From an uncultured Actinomycetes bacterium (GTDB lineage Bacteria; Actinomycetota; Thermoleophilia; Gaiellales; Gaiellaceae): a stretch of 64,000 nt of DNA. Made by a program: the position numbers and the translations under genes. The stretch is from contig CAWGVD010000046.1 in the NCBI GenBank assembly GCA_963825795.1, positions 91,329 to 155,328 on the forward strand, given 5' to 3'. The notes under the pieces were generated by a model. That model worked only from the letters and a program-made list of their open reading frames with translations, made no database searches and was not told where the DNA came from. Positions 50,076 through 63,140 of this stretch are shown piece after piece; the stretch's first letter is position 1, and the number at the start of each line of letters is the position of its first letter.

Positions 50076-50752
50076 TAATCACGACGTAGCGATTGGGCTC
50101 CGTGCCCTCGCTACCGGTCTCGACCCCGTCGAACGCCTTCAGCCGCAGGTGCACGGTCTTCCGCTCGACCGCGGTCATCGGCTCGAGGTCGACCGACGAG
50201 TGGGTCGCGAGCGCCTCTTCGGCGCTCCGCACCGCGAGCGACTCGAGAGCCGCGCGGCGCCGTTCCCTGTAGCCGGCGGCGTCGACGACGACCTCCTTGC
50301 GGTCGTCCGGACGGGAGCGCCAGACGATCGCGTTCGCGAGGTACTGGATCGCGTCGATCGTCTGCCCGTGCTTGCCGATCAGGAGGCCGAGGTTCGAGCC
50401 GGAGCACGAGGCCGTGACCGTCTCGTCGTCCTCGAGGATGTCGATCCGGCAGCGCACGCCGATCCCGACGGTGATGCGTTCGAGCAGGTCGCGCACCTCA
50501 GCGGCAAGCTCGCTGTCGCCGTCCGTCGACTCCTGCGCAACCTCTGCGTCGACCAGCGCGACGACCCGCGCAGGCGCGTAGCCCACGCCGAGCAGCCCGC
50601 GCTCGCCTTCGGACACGACCTGGAAGCGAACGGCGCCCTTGTCGAGCCCCGGATGGAGCTTCTCGAGCTCGCGGAGCGCAGCCCACTTCGCCTCGCCGAC
50701 GGTCTCGCCGGTCGCCTCGACCTGGCTGAGGTCCTCCATCATCGCCTTGCCT
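50062..50752 (-). CDS. Jag/KhpB R3H-domain RNA-binding protein
   Basis: MMEDLSQVEATGETVGEAK...KH-like, then R3H (ERKTVHLRL), ending at YVVITPRR. No in-frame stop found. Confidence 0.6.
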
Positions 50753-51548
50753 TCTTCTTCTTCCGCCGCACGCGGCGCGGCTGCGCAGGCGGAGCGGCCG
50801 GCTTGGCCTCGGTGGTCTCCGCGGCGCCGTCGCTGCTCTCCGGCTCGGACTTCGGCGGCGTCCTGGACGACCGCTTCGGCGCCGGCTTCGCCTTCGGCAT
50901 CAGCTGCCGCGTGACGAGGCCCTGGCCGACCGTCCAGAGGTTCGTCGTCACCCAGTAGATGACGAGCCCGACGGGGAAGTTGACGATCACCGGGACGAAC
51001 GCGACCGGGAGGATCATCATCATCGTCCGCTGCGTCTTGTCCATCGTCGTGGACATGAAGTACGTCGACGCGAGCTGGCTGCCGACGTAGATCGCGAGCA
51101 GCAGGTAGCCAGACCAGTGCGCGTTCGCGTGGGCCGTGATGTCCGGGACGAGGCCGCCGAACCAGGACAGGCTTCCGGCCGGCGGGTGCTTCGAGAACTG
51201 GCGCAGCACGAGGTAGAGCGCGATGAAGACGGGGAACTGGACGAGGAGCGGCAGGCACGGAGCAGCCGGGTTGACCCGGTTGTCCCGGTAGAACTTCATC
51301 AGCTCCTGGTTCCGCTTCTCCTTGTCGTGCTTGTAGCGCTGCTGGATCGCCTTCATCTCCGGCATGTGCGCCTGCATCGCCTGCATCGAGTGGATCTGCT
51401 TGACCGCGAGCGGCACCATCAGCAGCCGCACCATCACGGTCAGCGCCACGATCGCCCAGGCCCACGGGAGGCCGATCGTCCCGTGTAGCCACTCGAGGAT
51501 GTTGCGTAGGAGGTCTTCGAGCGGGGTGAGGATCGAGAACAGGATCAT
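50739..51548 (-). CDS. yidC: membrane protein insertase YidC (short Gram-positive-like form)
   Basis: 5-TM 60-kDa inner membrane protein core with a basic C-terminal tail. Start at MILFSIL preferred. Confidence 0.8.
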   Translation of the reverse strand: MILFSILTPLEDLLRNILEWLHGTIGLPWAWAIVALTVMVRLLMVPLAVKQIHSMQAMQAHMPEMKAIQQRYKHDKEKRNQELMKFYRDNRVNPAAPCLPLLVQFPVFIALYLVLRQFSKHPPAGSLSWFGGLVPDITAHANAHWSGYLLLAIYVGSQLASTYFMSTTMDKTQRTMMMILPVAFVPVIVNFPVGLVIYWVTTNLWTVGQGLVTRQLMPKAKPAPKRSSRTPPKSEPESSDGAAETTEAKPAAPPAQPRRVRRKKKKARR

Positions 51549-51793
51549 TTGAACAGCCTCTGCTGCTCGACGTGGTCGACCCCGCCGAGGCTCCACGGGT
51601 TACAGCGGAGCAGTCGCCAGCCGGCGAGGATCACCCCGCGCACGAGCCCGTAGCGGCGCAGCGCGTCGATCGCGTACTGCGAGCAGGACGGGTGGTACTT
51701 GCAGCCGCCCGGGAAGAGGACGCCGAGCGTGTAGCGGTACGCGTAGACGAGGCCGATCCCGAGATACGAGGGCAGACGCAGGATCGGAGTCAC
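51545..51793 (-). CDS. yidD: membrane protein insertion efficiency factor YidD
   Basis: 82 aa. CKYHPSCSQYA motif. Confidence 0.8.
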   Translation of the reverse strand: MTPILRLPSYLGIGLVYAYRYTLGVLFPGGCKYHPSCSQYAIDALRRYGLVRGVILAGWRLLRCNPWSLGGVDHVEQQRLFK

Positions 51794-52134
51794 GCTGCAG
51801 CCTTCCCGAGCACCTCGTCGACCCGCTCGCCGAGCCAGTCGAAGCCCTTCGCCTCCGTGCCCTCGACGAGCCCGGGCCGCACGATCAGCACGTAGTCGTG
51901 CGCCGGCGGAAGCGTCTCGAGCCGCGCGCGCCAGAGCTCGCGCAGCTGGCGCTTGATCTTCGAGCGGACGACTGCGCCGCCGGCTCCCTTCGGCACCGCG
52001 ATCCCGAGCCGTGGGTCGTCGCCGTCCTCACGCGGAAACCAGTACAGAACGATGAACCGCGTCGAGGCGGACCGCCCGTGCCGATAGACGGCATCGAAAT
52101 CCCTGGAACGGGAGAGGCGGTTCCTGCGCTGCAA
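51790..52134 (-). CDS. rnpA: RNase P protein component
   Basis: 114 aa, RnpA fold motifs. 10 nt downstream of rpmH. Confidence 0.8.
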   Translation of the reverse strand: MQRRNRLSRSRDFDAVYRHGRSASTRFIVLYWFPREDGDDPRLGIAVPKGAGGAVVRSKIKRQLRELWRARLETLPPAHDYVLIVRPGLVEGTEAKGFDWLGERVDEVLGKAAA

Positions 52135-52143
52135 GTTTGTCGT

Positions 52144-52278
52144 TTAGGCGGCGAGCCGCTTGCGACCTCGAGCACGGCGTCGCTTCAGGATCGCGCGGCC
52201 GGCACGCGTCGACATGCGCGCGCGGAATCCGTGCTTCCGCTTCCTGCGGCGTACGTTCGGCTGGTAGGTGCGCTTCAC
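52144..52278 (-). CDS. rpmH: 50S ribosomal protein L34
   Basis: Not in the ORF track. GTG start. [44 protein letters not shown]. Confidence 0.9.
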   Translation of the reverse strand: MKRTYQPNVRRRKRKHGFRARMSTRAGRAILKRRRARGRKRLAA

Positions 52279-52596
52279 GGTGAGAGGTGAGAGAAAAAGA
52301 GGAACGAGCGCCCTTTTCGCACGGGCGTCGGGCCAGTATAGACAAGCCCTCTGTACCCGCGTTATCCACAGCTCAGCAGGTGTTTACAGCTTTGAAAAAT
52401 CGCTGCGCGGAGGCGGCTAGGGGACGCTAAGCACGGCGGCCGGATTGTGTTGTCCACACCTGTGGACATCCATGTGGAGCAAAAGAAATCTCCTGCAAAT
52501 CTCGATATATTTGCCCACGGCGACCCTCCTTGTGACCCCTGGAGGACGCTGTTATGCTCGCCACTCCTTCCCCCTGAGCGAGGAGTTCACCCGGCG
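52279..52596. promoter_or_regulatory. oriC part 1 / dnaA promoter region with DnaA boxes and an AT-rich stretch
   Basis: TTATCCACA (52362..52370), TTGTCCACA (52443..52451), inverted TGTGGACA (52454..52461), CCACATGG-type boxes, and AT-rich 52471..52520 (AAAAGAAATCTCCTGCAAATCTCGATATATTTG). Lowest GC in the window. Confidence 0.7.
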
Positions 52597-53943
52597 TTGG
52601 CGCGCCAGCAAGAGTTGACAGCAGACAGCCTCTGGACTGAGGTATCGGACCGGCTCAAGGGAGCGCTCAACGACACGACGTTCGGCACCTGGTTCGGCGA
52701 TGTCTCCGCCCGGGAGTTGAACGAGCGCGCGTTCGTGCTCTCGGTCCCGAACGACTTCACCCGGGACTGGATCGAGGGGCATTTTCTCGACCTGATCGGC
52801 GCCGCTGTCCGCGACGCGACCGGCGACCAGAGGGAGATCAGCCTCTTCGTCGAGCGCGAGGTCGAGCCCTCCGGCCCGGTCGAGGACGCGCCGAAGCAGA
52901 CGGCCCGCCGCGCGTTCGAGATGAGCCAGAAGTACACGTTCGACTCGTTCGTGATCGGCTCGTCGAACCGGTTCGCGCACGCGGCCGCGCTCGCGGTCGC
53001 CGAGGCGCCGGCCCAGGCGTACAACCCGCTCTTCATCTACGGCGGCACGGGCCTCGGGAAGACGCATCTGCTGCAGGCGATCGGCCAGTACGTCGGCGCC
53101 CATTCGCGCGCGCTCTCGGTCCGCTACATCACGAGCGAGACGTTCATGAACGACTTCATCAACTCGCTCCGCGACAAGCGCATCGAGGGCTTCAAGCAGC
53201 GCTACCGCACCTACGACCTGCTCCTGATCGACGACATCCAGTTCCTCGAGCACAAGGAGCGGATCCAGGAGGAGTTCTTCCACACCTTCAACTCGCTGTA
53301 CGAGGCCGGCCGGCAGATCGTGATCTCCTCCGACCGCCCGCCGCGCGAGATCTCGACGCTCGAGGAGCGCCTGCGGTCACGGTTCGAGTGGGGGTTGATC
53401 ACGGACATCCAGCCGCCCGACCTCGAGACACGCATCGCGATCCTCCGCAAGAAGGTGAAGACGGACGGGATCCACGTCCCCGATCCTCAGGTGCTGACCT
53501 TCATCGCCGGCCGCGTGTCGACGAACATCCGCGAGCTGGAGGGCGCGCTCACGCGGGTCGTAGCCTTCTCGAGCCTGACCGCGCGGCCGATGACCGTCGA
53601 GCTCGCCCAGGACGTGCTCAAGGACGTGTTCCCACAGGGCCAGGCGCCCGAGGTCTCGATCGAGCGCATCCAGACGGCGGTCTCGGATCGCTTCGGCCTC
53701 TCGATGGAGGAGCTCTGCGGCGACCGGCGCTCGCAGAACATCGTCTATCCGCGGCAGGTCGCGATGTACCTCTCACGCGAGCTCACGGACGCGTCACTGC
53801 CGAAGATCGGCCGTGAGTTCGGAGGCCGCGACCACACGACCGTGATCCACGCAACCTCGAAGATCGCGCGCATGATCCGCGAGGACAGGTCTGTCTACAA
53901 CCTTGTGCAAGAACTGACCGCGAGGGTCAAGCAAACCCGCTAG
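52597..53943 (+). CDS. dnaA: chromosomal replication initiator protein DnaA
   Basis: The track ORF starts at 52447 inside the DnaA boxes. A conserved N-terminus ([10 protein letters not shown]) argues for the TTG at 52597. AAA+ Walker A and the C-terminal DnaA-box-binding domain (MYLSRELT) are present. Confidence 0.9.
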   Translation: MARQQELTADSLWTEVSDRLKGALNDTTFGTWFGDVSARELNERAFVLSVPNDFTRDWIEGHFLDLIGAAVRDATGDQREISLFVEREVEPSGPVEDAPKQTARRAFEMSQKYTFDSFVIGSSNRFAHAAALAVAEAPAQAYNPLFIYGGTGLGKTHLLQAIGQYVGAHSRALSVRYITSETFMNDFINSLRDKRIEGFKQRYRTYDLLLIDDIQFLEHKERIQEEFFHTFNSLYEAGRQIVISSDRPPREISTLEERLRSRFEWGLITDIQPPDLETRIAILRKKVKTDGIHVPDPQVLTFIAGRVSTNIRELEGALTRVVAFSSLTARPMTVELAQDVLKDVFPQGQAPEVSIERIQTAVSDRFGLSMEELCGDRRSQNIVYPRQVAMYLSRELTDASLPKIGREFGGRDHTTVIHATSKIARMIREDRSVYNLVQELTARVKQTR

Positions 53944-54097
53944 ATCTGGGGAAACCTGGACACCGCCCCGCACGACATGTTCAAAACCGCCGCTTCCCCA
54001 CAAGACACGTCCCCAGGGCAAACCTGCTGCCCGCCTCAGCGAATACCATCTTCCCCAGAGTCCACACCCCTTACTGCTACTACGACCTTTCTTTTAA
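53944..54097. promoter_or_regulatory. dnaA-dnaN intergenic region with DnaA-box-like sites and AT-rich element (oriC part 2 / DUE candidate)
   Basis: TTCCCCACA, GAGTCCACA and TGGACA sites. AT-rich CTTTCTTTTAAATGACTGAGATAGAAACTG. Confidence 0.5.
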
Positions 54098-55231
54098 ATG
54101 ACTGAGATAGAAACTGCTGTTGGATCGGCCGTGAAGGTCACCTGCCCCAAGGACGAGCTCACCCGCGCGCTGGCGGTTGTCGGACGAGCGGTCTCGACGC
54201 GTGCGAGCGTTCAGGTGCTCGGCGGGGTTCTCCTGCGCGGCGGCGAGGGATCGCTCGAGTTGGCCGCCACCGATATGGAGCTCTCGCTGCGCCTGTCGGT
54301 CGAGGCGCAGGTCGAAGGTCAGGGTGCGGTCGTCGCGCCCGGGCGGCTTCTGGTCGACCTCGCGCGACTGCTGCCTGACAACGAAGTGGTGCTCGAGCAT
54401 CGCACGGAGCAAGGTGTGCTCGAGATCACGTGCGGGCCGGCCGCATACAAGCTGAACACGTACAGCGCCGAGGACTTCCCGAAGCTGCCCGAAGTCGAGG
54501 GCGCTCAGACCTTCACCGTCGACAACGCCGCCTTCCTGGACACGGTTTCGAAGGTCGCCCGCGCCGCGTCGCGTGACGAGTCGCGCCCGGTGCTGACCGG
54601 GGTGATGGTCCACTTCGAGGGCTCGAACCTCGTCATGGCCGCGACCGACTCGTACCGGATGTCGGTCAAGACGACCGAGCTCGAGGAGGCCGCAGGCGCC
54701 GAGCTCGAGGCGATCGTCCCCGCGCGCGCGCTGACCGAGCTCTCGCGGATCGCACAGGACGCCGCCGAGCTCCGGATCGGCGTCCAGGAGAACCACGTCG
54801 TGTTCGGCGCCGGAGACGTCTGGCTGACGACGCGGCGGATCGACGGTCAGTTCCCGAACCACAAGCAGCTGATTCCCGAGACCTTCGAGCACGAGATCGC
54901 GCTGCCCCGAGAGGAGTTCCTCGAGGTCGTGCGGCGTGTGTCCGTGATGGCCCAGCGGAACTCGCCGCTCCGGCTGCGGTTCGCCGAGGGTGAGGTGACG
55001 ATCTCGGCGCAGACGCAGGACGTGGGCGAGGCGAAGGAGTCGCTGCCGGTGCCGTTCTCGGGAGAGCCGCTCGAGATCGGGTTCAACCCGGAGTTCCTGC
55101 GGGACGGGCTCGAGTCGGTGGACACGGACGAGATCGCGCTGCGGCTGATCAGCTCGCTCCGCCCGGGCCTCCTGCGCTCCGAGGCCGAGAACTTCTCGTA
55201 CCTGATCATGCCGATCCGATTGGCGGGCTAG
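54098..55231 (+). CDS. dnaN: DNA polymerase III beta sliding clamp
   Basis: 377 aa, intact three-domain clamp. Confidence 0.9.
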   Translation: MTEIETAVGSAVKVTCPKDELTRALAVVGRAVSTRASVQVLGGVLLRGGEGSLELAATDMELSLRLSVEAQVEGQGAVVAPGRLLVDLARLLPDNEVVLEHRTEQGVLEITCGPAAYKLNTYSAEDFPKLPEVEGAQTFTVDNAAFLDTVSKVARAASRDESRPVLTGVMVHFEGSNLVMAATDSYRMSVKTTELEEAAGAELEAIVPARALTELSRIAQDAAELRIGVQENHVVFGAGDVWLTTRRIDGQFPNHKQLIPETFEHEIALPREEFLEVVRRVSVMAQRNSPLRLRFAEGEVTISAQTQDVGEAKESLPVPFSGEPLEIGFNPEFLRDGLESVDTDEIALRLISSLRPGLLRSEAENFSYLIMPIRLAG

Positions 55232-55249
55232 GTTGTCCGTCAGCGGGCC

Positions 55250-55320
55250 GACCGGTCATTTCCGACGGACGCACGGGCGGAGCCCGTCCGTCCTGAGATC
55301 GGCGCCGCAAGCGGCGCCTC
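55250..55320. repeat. 72-nt two-hairpin intergenic repeat, copy B (dnaN|recF junction)
   Basis: GGACGcACGGGCggaGCCCGTcCGTCC hairpin and GGCGCCGcaagCGGCGCC hairpin. See copy A. Confidence 0.7.
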
Positions 55321-55326
55321 GGCCGC

Positions 55327-56382
55327 CTGATCGTCCGGGAAGTCACGCTCCGCGACTACCGCTCGTACGCGTCGCTCGAGCTGGAGCTGTCCTCTGGGCT
55401 CTTGCTGGCCGTCGGCCGGAACGGCGCGGGCAAGACGAATCTGCTCGAGGCGATCCACGTCGGGACGCAGGGCTTCTCGCCGCGAAGCCGGAACGATGCC
55501 CAGCTCGTTCGCTTCGGCGCGGAGGCCGCGAGAATCGAGCTGGCCGGCTCTCGGGCCGGCTCTCAGCTGGAGATCGAGATCACGCTCCGCCCGGGCGATG
55601 CGAGGAAGGCTCGATTGAACGGCGCAACCCTGCGCGCGGCCGAACAGCTTCGCTCCGAGGTCTCGACGCTCGTGTTCACGCCCGACCGCCTCGTCGTCGT
55701 CAAGGGAGGGCCGGCTGCCCGGCGGGCGTACTTCGACCGCGCTCTGGGGCGCCTGTTTCCCGCCCGGGCCGGCGTGCCGGCCGAGTACGGCGCGGCCGTG
55801 GCGCAACGGAACGCCGCGCTCCGTCGGGTTGCGATCGGCGCCTCGTCGCGAGACGCCGTCTCGCCGTGGACCGCTCGGGTCGCCGATCTCGGCTCGGCTC
55901 TCGTGGAGGCTCGCCGGGAAACGATCGCGCTCCTCGCCCCGCTGTTCGCCGAGTGCGCCCTCGAGCTCGGCCTCCCAGGCGGTGAGCTGCGCTACGACGC
56001 CGACCCGCCGACGGCCGAAGCGCTCGAGGCCCGTCTCGACGACGACCTCGACCGCGGAACGACCGGCCTGGGGCCGCACCTGCACGACGTCGAGATCCGC
56101 GCCGACGACCGTGACCTGCGCCGCTTCGGCTCGCAGGGCGAGCAGCGCCTCGCCGTGCTGTCGCTGATCCTCGCCGAAGCCGCGCTCCTGGCCGAGCGGG
56201 GCCCGGCGCCGCCGCTTCTCCTGCTCGACGACGTCTTGTCCGAGCTCGACGAAGGCAGGCGGGCTGCGCTCGCCGAGCGGCTGGCCGGGCCGGGGCAGAC
56301 GCTGATCACGGCCACTGCCGCGTCAGCCCTGCCTGCGGAGCCGGCGCAGCTCGTCGAGGTGACGCCCGGAGCCGCGAGATGA
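55327..56382 (+). CDS. recF: DNA replication and repair protein RecF
   Basis: GRNGAGKTNLLEAI Walker A. The N-terminus LIVREVTLRDYRSY lies upstream of the track start. No ATG/GTG/TTG between the in-frame stop (55294) and this region. Confidence 0.8.
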   Translation: MIVREVTLRDYRSYASLELELSSGLLLAVGRNGAGKTNLLEAIHVGTQGFSPRSRNDAQLVRFGAEAARIELAGSRAGSQLEIEITLRPGDARKARLNGATLRAAEQLRSEVSTLVFTPDRLVVVKGGPAARRAYFDRALGRLFPARAGVPAEYGAAVAQRNAALRRVAIGASSRDAVSPWTARVADLGSALVEARRETIALLAPLFAECALELGLPGGELRYDADPPTAEALEARLDDDLDRGTTGLGPHLHDVEIRADDRDLRRFGSQGEQRLAVLSLILAEAALLAERGPAPPLLLLDDVLSELDEGRRAALAERLAGPGQTLITATAASALPAEPAQLVEVTPGAAR

Positions 56383-56831
56383 AGCCGGACCGCATCGGCG
56401 CCGACGTTCAGCGCGAGCTCGCGCGCTTCGGACCGGCCGAGGGCATGAGCGAGATCGTGCGCGCCTGGCCCGGCGCCGTCGGAGATCAGATCGCGCGCAA
56501 CGCCTGGCCGGCACGGCTGGCCCGCGACCGAACGCTCCACGTCGCGACCTCCTCGTCTGCGTGGGCGTTCGAGCTCGCGCAGCTCGAGCCGAAGCTGCTC
56601 GAACGCGCTGCGAGAAGCGCTCGGTGAGACGGCGCCCGCGGCGCTGCGGTTCGCTCCCGGTAAGCTCCCCGAGCGCTCCTCGGAGGAGATCGAGAGCCGT
56701 CCGAGGCGGGGTCGAGAGCCGACGGCCGAGGAGCGCGAGCTGGCCGCTGCGCTGGCGGCTGGAATCGAGGATGAGAACCTGCGGAAAATTGTTGCGAAGG
56801 CGGCGCTTGCGAGCCTCTCCAAGCCCGACTG
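56379..56831 (+). CDS. DUF721 (DciA-like) protein, frameshift near 56600
   Basis: N-terminus in 56379..56627. The conserved C-terminus (LREALGETAPAALRFAPGKL...ENLRKIVAKAALASL) is in another frame. Standard recF–DUF721–gyrB synteny. Confidence 0.55.
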
Positions 56832-56862
56832 ACGGCCGGTGGATCTGGTACACTGTGCTTAG

Positions 56863-59301
<2,439 letters not shown>

Positions 59302-59318
59302 TGGTGGGGGAGGTCTGA

Positions 59319-61844
59319 ATGTCTTCGGTTGAGCCACTCGGCCCCGGCCGGATCGAGCCGCGCGAGCTGGAGCAGGAGATGCGCTCGAGCTTCCTCGACT
59401 ACGCGATGAGCGTGATCGTGTCGCGCGCGCTGCCGGACGTCCGCGACGGCCTCAAGCCGGTGCATCGGCGCGTTCTCTTCGCGATGCACGAAGCCGGCCT
59501 TCAGCCGAATCGGCCGCGCCTCAAGTGCGCGCGCGTCGTCGGAGACGTGATGGGCTCGTACCACCCCCACGGCGACGTCGCGATCTACGACACGCTCGTC
59601 CGCATGGCGCAGCCGTTCTCGATGCGCTACCCGCTCGTCGACGGGCAAGGGAACTTCGGAAACATCGACGACTACCCCGCTGCGGCGATGCGGTACACCG
59701 AGTGCCGGCTCACGCGGCTGGCGACCGAGCTGCTCCGCGACATCGACGCCGACACCGTCGACTTCGTCCCCAACTACGACGAGTCGCGCCGGCAGCCGAG
59801 CGTGCTCCCGTCGCGCTACCCGAACCTGCTCGTCAACGGGTCGCAGGGCATTGCCGTCGGCATGGCGACGAACATCCCGCCGCACAATCTCGGCGAGGTG
59901 GTCGACGCGCTCGTCGCGCTGATCGACGACCCCGAGATCGACGTCGACCGCCTGACGCGTCACGTCAAGGGCCCCGACTTCCCGACGGGCGGGATCATCG
60001 TCGGCCGCGAGGGGATCCGCGAGGCGTACCGCTCGGGCCGCGGTCGAATCGTCATGCGCGCCCGCGCTCACGTCGAGGAACTGCGCGGCGGCAAGACCGC
60101 CATCATCGTGAGCGAGCTGCCCTACGGGGTGAAGAAGGGCGGCGACTCGGGCGTGATCAAGAAGATCGCCGATCTCGTCAACGAGAAGGTGATCTCGGAG
60201 ATCTCCGACGTCAAGGATCTCTCCGACAAGACCGGCATGCGCATCCAGATCGACCTGAAGCGCGAGGCGATCCCTCAGGTCGTCCTGAACAAGCTCTACA
60301 AGCACACGGCGCTGCAGGCGACCTGGGGCTACAACGCGGTCGCTCTCGTCGACGGGGTGCCGCGGACGCTCGCGTTGCGCGACCTGCTCGGCCACTACCT
60401 CGACTTCCAGCGCGAGGTCGTCACCCGCCGGCTGAAGTACGAGCTGCGCAAGGCCGAGGCCCGAGCCCACGTTCTCCTCGGCTACCTGATCGCGCTCGAC
60501 AACCTCGACGCGGTGATCGCGCTCATCCGGAGTGCCGCCGACGCCGACGCGGCGCGCGAGGGCCTGATGAAGGAGTTCGAGCTCTCCGAGATCCAGGCCC
60601 AGGCGATCCTCGACCTCCGTCTGCGCGCACTGACGGCGCTCGAGCGCAAGCGGGTCGAGGACGAGCACAAGGATCTCGTGGAGCGGATCGGCGAGCTGCG
60701 GACGATCCTGGGCGACGAGTCGAGGATCGGAGCGCTCATCCGCGAGGAGCTGCTCGAGATCAAGACCATCTACGGCAAGAACGACGACCGGCGCACGGAG
60801 ATCATCGCGGCCGAAGGCGAGTTCTCACTCGAGGACATGATCGCCGAGGAAGACATGGTGATCGCGATCACGCGCTCGAACTACATCAAGCGCCTTCCGG
60901 TCACGACCTACCGCGAGCAGCGCCGCGGCGGGCAGGGCGTCATGGGGATGGATCTCAAGGAGGACGACTACATCGAGCACCTGTTCGTCGCCTCCACGCA
61001 CGACTACGTCCTCTTCTTCACGAACGTCGGCAAGGTCTACCGGCTCAAGGTGCACGAGCTCCCGCTCGGCTCGCGCCAGTCGAAGGGCCGCGCGATCCAG
61101 AACCTGCTCCCGTTCCGCCAGGACGAGCAGGTGCGTGCCGTGATCCAGACGCGCGACTTCGAGGAGTCGAAGTACCTCGTCTTCGCGACGAAGAACGGAA
61201 TCGTCAAGAAGACCGAGCTCGCCGCGTACAACACGCCGCTCAAGGCCGACGGGATCATCGCGATCAAGATGCGCGAGGAGGACGACGAGCTCGTCTCGGT
61301 TCGTCACTCGACCGGCGAGGACGACATCCTCATGGTCTCGCGGAAGGGCCAGGCGATCCGCTTCAGCGAGAAGGAGGCGCGGCCGATGGGCCGCGACACC
61401 GGCCGGCGTCAAGGGCATGGGCCTGCGCAAGGGCGACGAGGTCATCTCGGCCGACGTGATCGGCGTCAACGAGGGCGATCTGCTCGTCGTGACCGAGAAC
61501 GGCTACGGGAAGCGGACGAAGCTCGCCGACTATCCGCGCAAGGGCCGCGGCGGCCTGGGCGTGAAGACCGTCCAGCTGACCGAGGCGCGCGGCCACCTGG
61601 TCGGAGCCCGCATCGTGCGCGACGACTACCAGGTGATGCTGATCTCGAACGGCGGCACCGTGATCAAGATCCCGGTCAACGACGTCAGGCGGCTCGGCCG
61701 GTCGACGCAGGGCGTGATCGTGATGCGCCTGCGCGAGGGCGAGCAGGTTTCCGCGCTCGCTCCGGTGGTCGAGGCGGACGAGGCCGCAGGTCGCCGGAAG
61801 ACGGCTCCGAGCCGGCCGCGGCGCCCGCCGGCGACACGGCCTGA
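59319..61844 (+). CDS. gyrA: DNA gyrase subunit A (frame excursions near 61390 and 61790)
   Basis: Active-site region (AAMRYTE) and QRDR (HPHGD). The C-terminal beta-pinwheel repeats continue in the 61417.. frame ([14 protein letters not shown]...) before returning to an acidic tail ending at 61844. Confidence 0.9.
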   Translation: MSSVEPLGPGRIEPRELEQEMRSSFLDYAMSVIVSRALPDVRDGLKPVHRRVLFAMHEAGLQPNRPRLKCARVVGDVMGSYHPHGDVAIYDTLVRMAQPFSMRYPLVDGQGNFGNIDDYPAAAMRYTECRLTRLATELLRDIDADTVDFVPNYDESRRQPSVLPSRYPNLLVNGSQGIAVGMATNIPPHNLGEVVDALVALIDDPEIDVDRLTRHVKGPDFPTGGIIVGREGIREAYRSGRGRIVMRARAHVEELRGGKTAIIVSELPYGVKKGGDSGVIKKIADLVNEKVISEISDVKDLSDKTGMRIQIDLKREAIPQVVLNKLYKHTALQATWGYNAVALVDGVPRTLALRDLLGHYLDFQREVVTRRLKYELRKAEARAHVLLGYLIALDNLDAVIALIRSAADADAAREGLMKEFELSEIQAQAILDLRLRALTALERKRVEDEHKDLVERIGELRTILGDESRIGALIREELLEIKTIYGKNDDRRTEIIAAEGEFSLEDMIAEEDMVIAITRSNYIKRLPVTTYREQRRGGQGVMGMDLKEDDYIEHLFVASTHDYVLFFTNVGKVYRLKVHELPLGSRQSKGRAIQNLLPFRQDEQVRAVIQTRDFEESKYLVFATKNGIVKKTELAAYNTPLKADGIIAIKMREEDDELVSVRHSTGEDDILMVSRKGQAIRFSEKEARPMGRDTGRRQGHGPAQGRRGHLGRRDRRQRGRSARRDRERLREADEARRLSAQGPRRPGREDRPADRGARPPGRSPHRARRLPGDADLERRHRDQDPGQRRQAARPVDAGRDRDAPARGRAGFRARSGGRGGRGRRSPEDGSEPAAAPAGDTA

Positions 61845-61947
61845 AGCCCCGCTATTTCGGCGGCTTCCGGGCCGAAACCCTTCACAAAACGTGTTGAGAG
61901 CGATATATCTTCGCGCCGAGGGGTCGAGTCCTCGCCGGGAGAGAGGT

Positions 61948-62259
61948 ATGGCCGCCAGCAGACAAGTAGACCTTCTAGAGCCGATCGATCTTTCGGAGCA
62001 CCTCGACAAGATCCAGCTCTACCTCGGTCAGGTTTGCCAGATCGCGGGCATCTCGAAGATGCAGCTCGACTACTGGACGAACAAGGCCCAGATCCCGACG
62101 CAGGGCCGGAAGCAGCGGATCTACGACATGGACGCGGTCGAGACCGTGATGCTGATCAAGCAGGCGAAGGACAAGGGCCTGAACCTCGGCGCGGCGATCG
62201 AAGCAGCGCGCCGCTTCCGCGAGCTGAACGGCAAGCCGGAGGCCGAGCCTACGCCCTGA
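61948..62259 (+). CDS. small MerR-like HTH protein
   Basis: 104 aa. ATG preceded by GGGAGAGAGG. ISKMQLDYWTNKAQIP...ETVMLIKQAKDKGLNL helix-turn-helix. Confidence 0.5.
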   Translation: MAASRQVDLLEPIDLSEHLDKIQLYLGQVCQIAGISKMQLDYWTNKAQIPTQGRKQRIYDMDAVETVMLIKQAKDKGLNLGAAIEAARRFRELNGKPEAEPTP

Positions 62260-62261
62260 GG

Positions 62262-63140
62262 CGTTGCGCGGCCTCCTCCGGGCGGCAGCGAGTTGACGTA
62301 GATCCCGGCGCCGAACTCGAGGCCCGCGAAGACGGTCAGCCGCGGCACGAGCTCGAAGTGCCAGTGCGCGCCCGTGTGCAGCCAGGCGTTGAGCGGGACC
62401 GGCGCCTTCGGCTTCGCGTAGCCGGCGGATCGCATCGCGAAGGAGGAGGGCCGCGTCGACGAGGTCCTCCTCGGTCGGCTCGGCCGCGTGCCGGCTCGGT
62501 GCGAGCAGATGCTCGTACGGGGCGCGGCCGGCCGGCGCGCGCGAGCGCGACGACGTCTCCGCGGACGCGCGATCTCGAGGCGCTCTTCCCGCAGGACGTC
62601 GCAGACGCCGCAGCTGCCCTGTTCGGAGCCTGCGGCAGCTCCTCGAGCACGGCCGGCGGCGGCTCGCGCAGCCAGAAGAGCTGCGAGTGGCTGTGCGGCA
62701 GGCTCGAGCCGGCGACCCGGCCCTCGTTGAGCACGACCTGGACGTAGCGCGAACCCCTCGGCCGAGCGCAGCCTGGCGGCGCGCGTGCCAGGGCCGTGCG
62801 CGACCGCTTCGACTTCTCGTCTCCTCCAGCTCGGCCAACGAGCGCGCGTGGCGCGGCGTGTGGACGACGACCTCCTGCCGCTCGAGCGCCGGATAGAGGT
62901 TCGGGACGACGCGGACCTGCCACCCGGGCGTGTCCGGTCGCGCGATCTGGCCGGACGCGACCGCGTAGGTCTCCGGCGGCGTGCGGTCCTCGCGTCCCTC
63001 GCAGAACGGGCACTCGTCGAGCTCGGCCTGCGTCGGCTCGGGGATCGTGGGGCGGTCGACTCCGGGCCGACGCGCCCGGGCAGGCGCGATCGCGACCGTT
63101 CGTCCGGAGATCGGGTCTCGCCTGAAGGTCCGGCGTCAGG
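62262..63140 (-). CDS. GalT-family (galactose-1-phosphate uridylyltransferase / HIT-like) protein, frameshifted
   Basis: Active-site HSHSQ (HxHxQ) in the long ORF. C-terminal half ([15 protein letters not shown]) is in the 62121..62435 frame. Confidence 0.45.

Noticed and set aside
48643-51492. 949-aa minus-strand ORF
   Set aside because: A read-through that concatenates the yidC antisense/upstream region, jag, the rsmG N-terminus and parA in one open frame. The component genes are annotated separately.
46000-56500. parS sites (tGTTTCACGTGAAACa) near parAB/oriC
   Set aside because: Several CACGTG cores were inspected (for example near 46081 and 45601), but none has the flanking GTTTCAC/GTGAAAC arms. 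No parS can be called by eye. A motif scan is needed.
61845-61947. Hairpin GAAGCCCCGC-TATTT-CGGCGGCTTC after gyrA as a terminator
   Set aside because: The stem is imperfect and not followed by a T-run, so it was not annotated.
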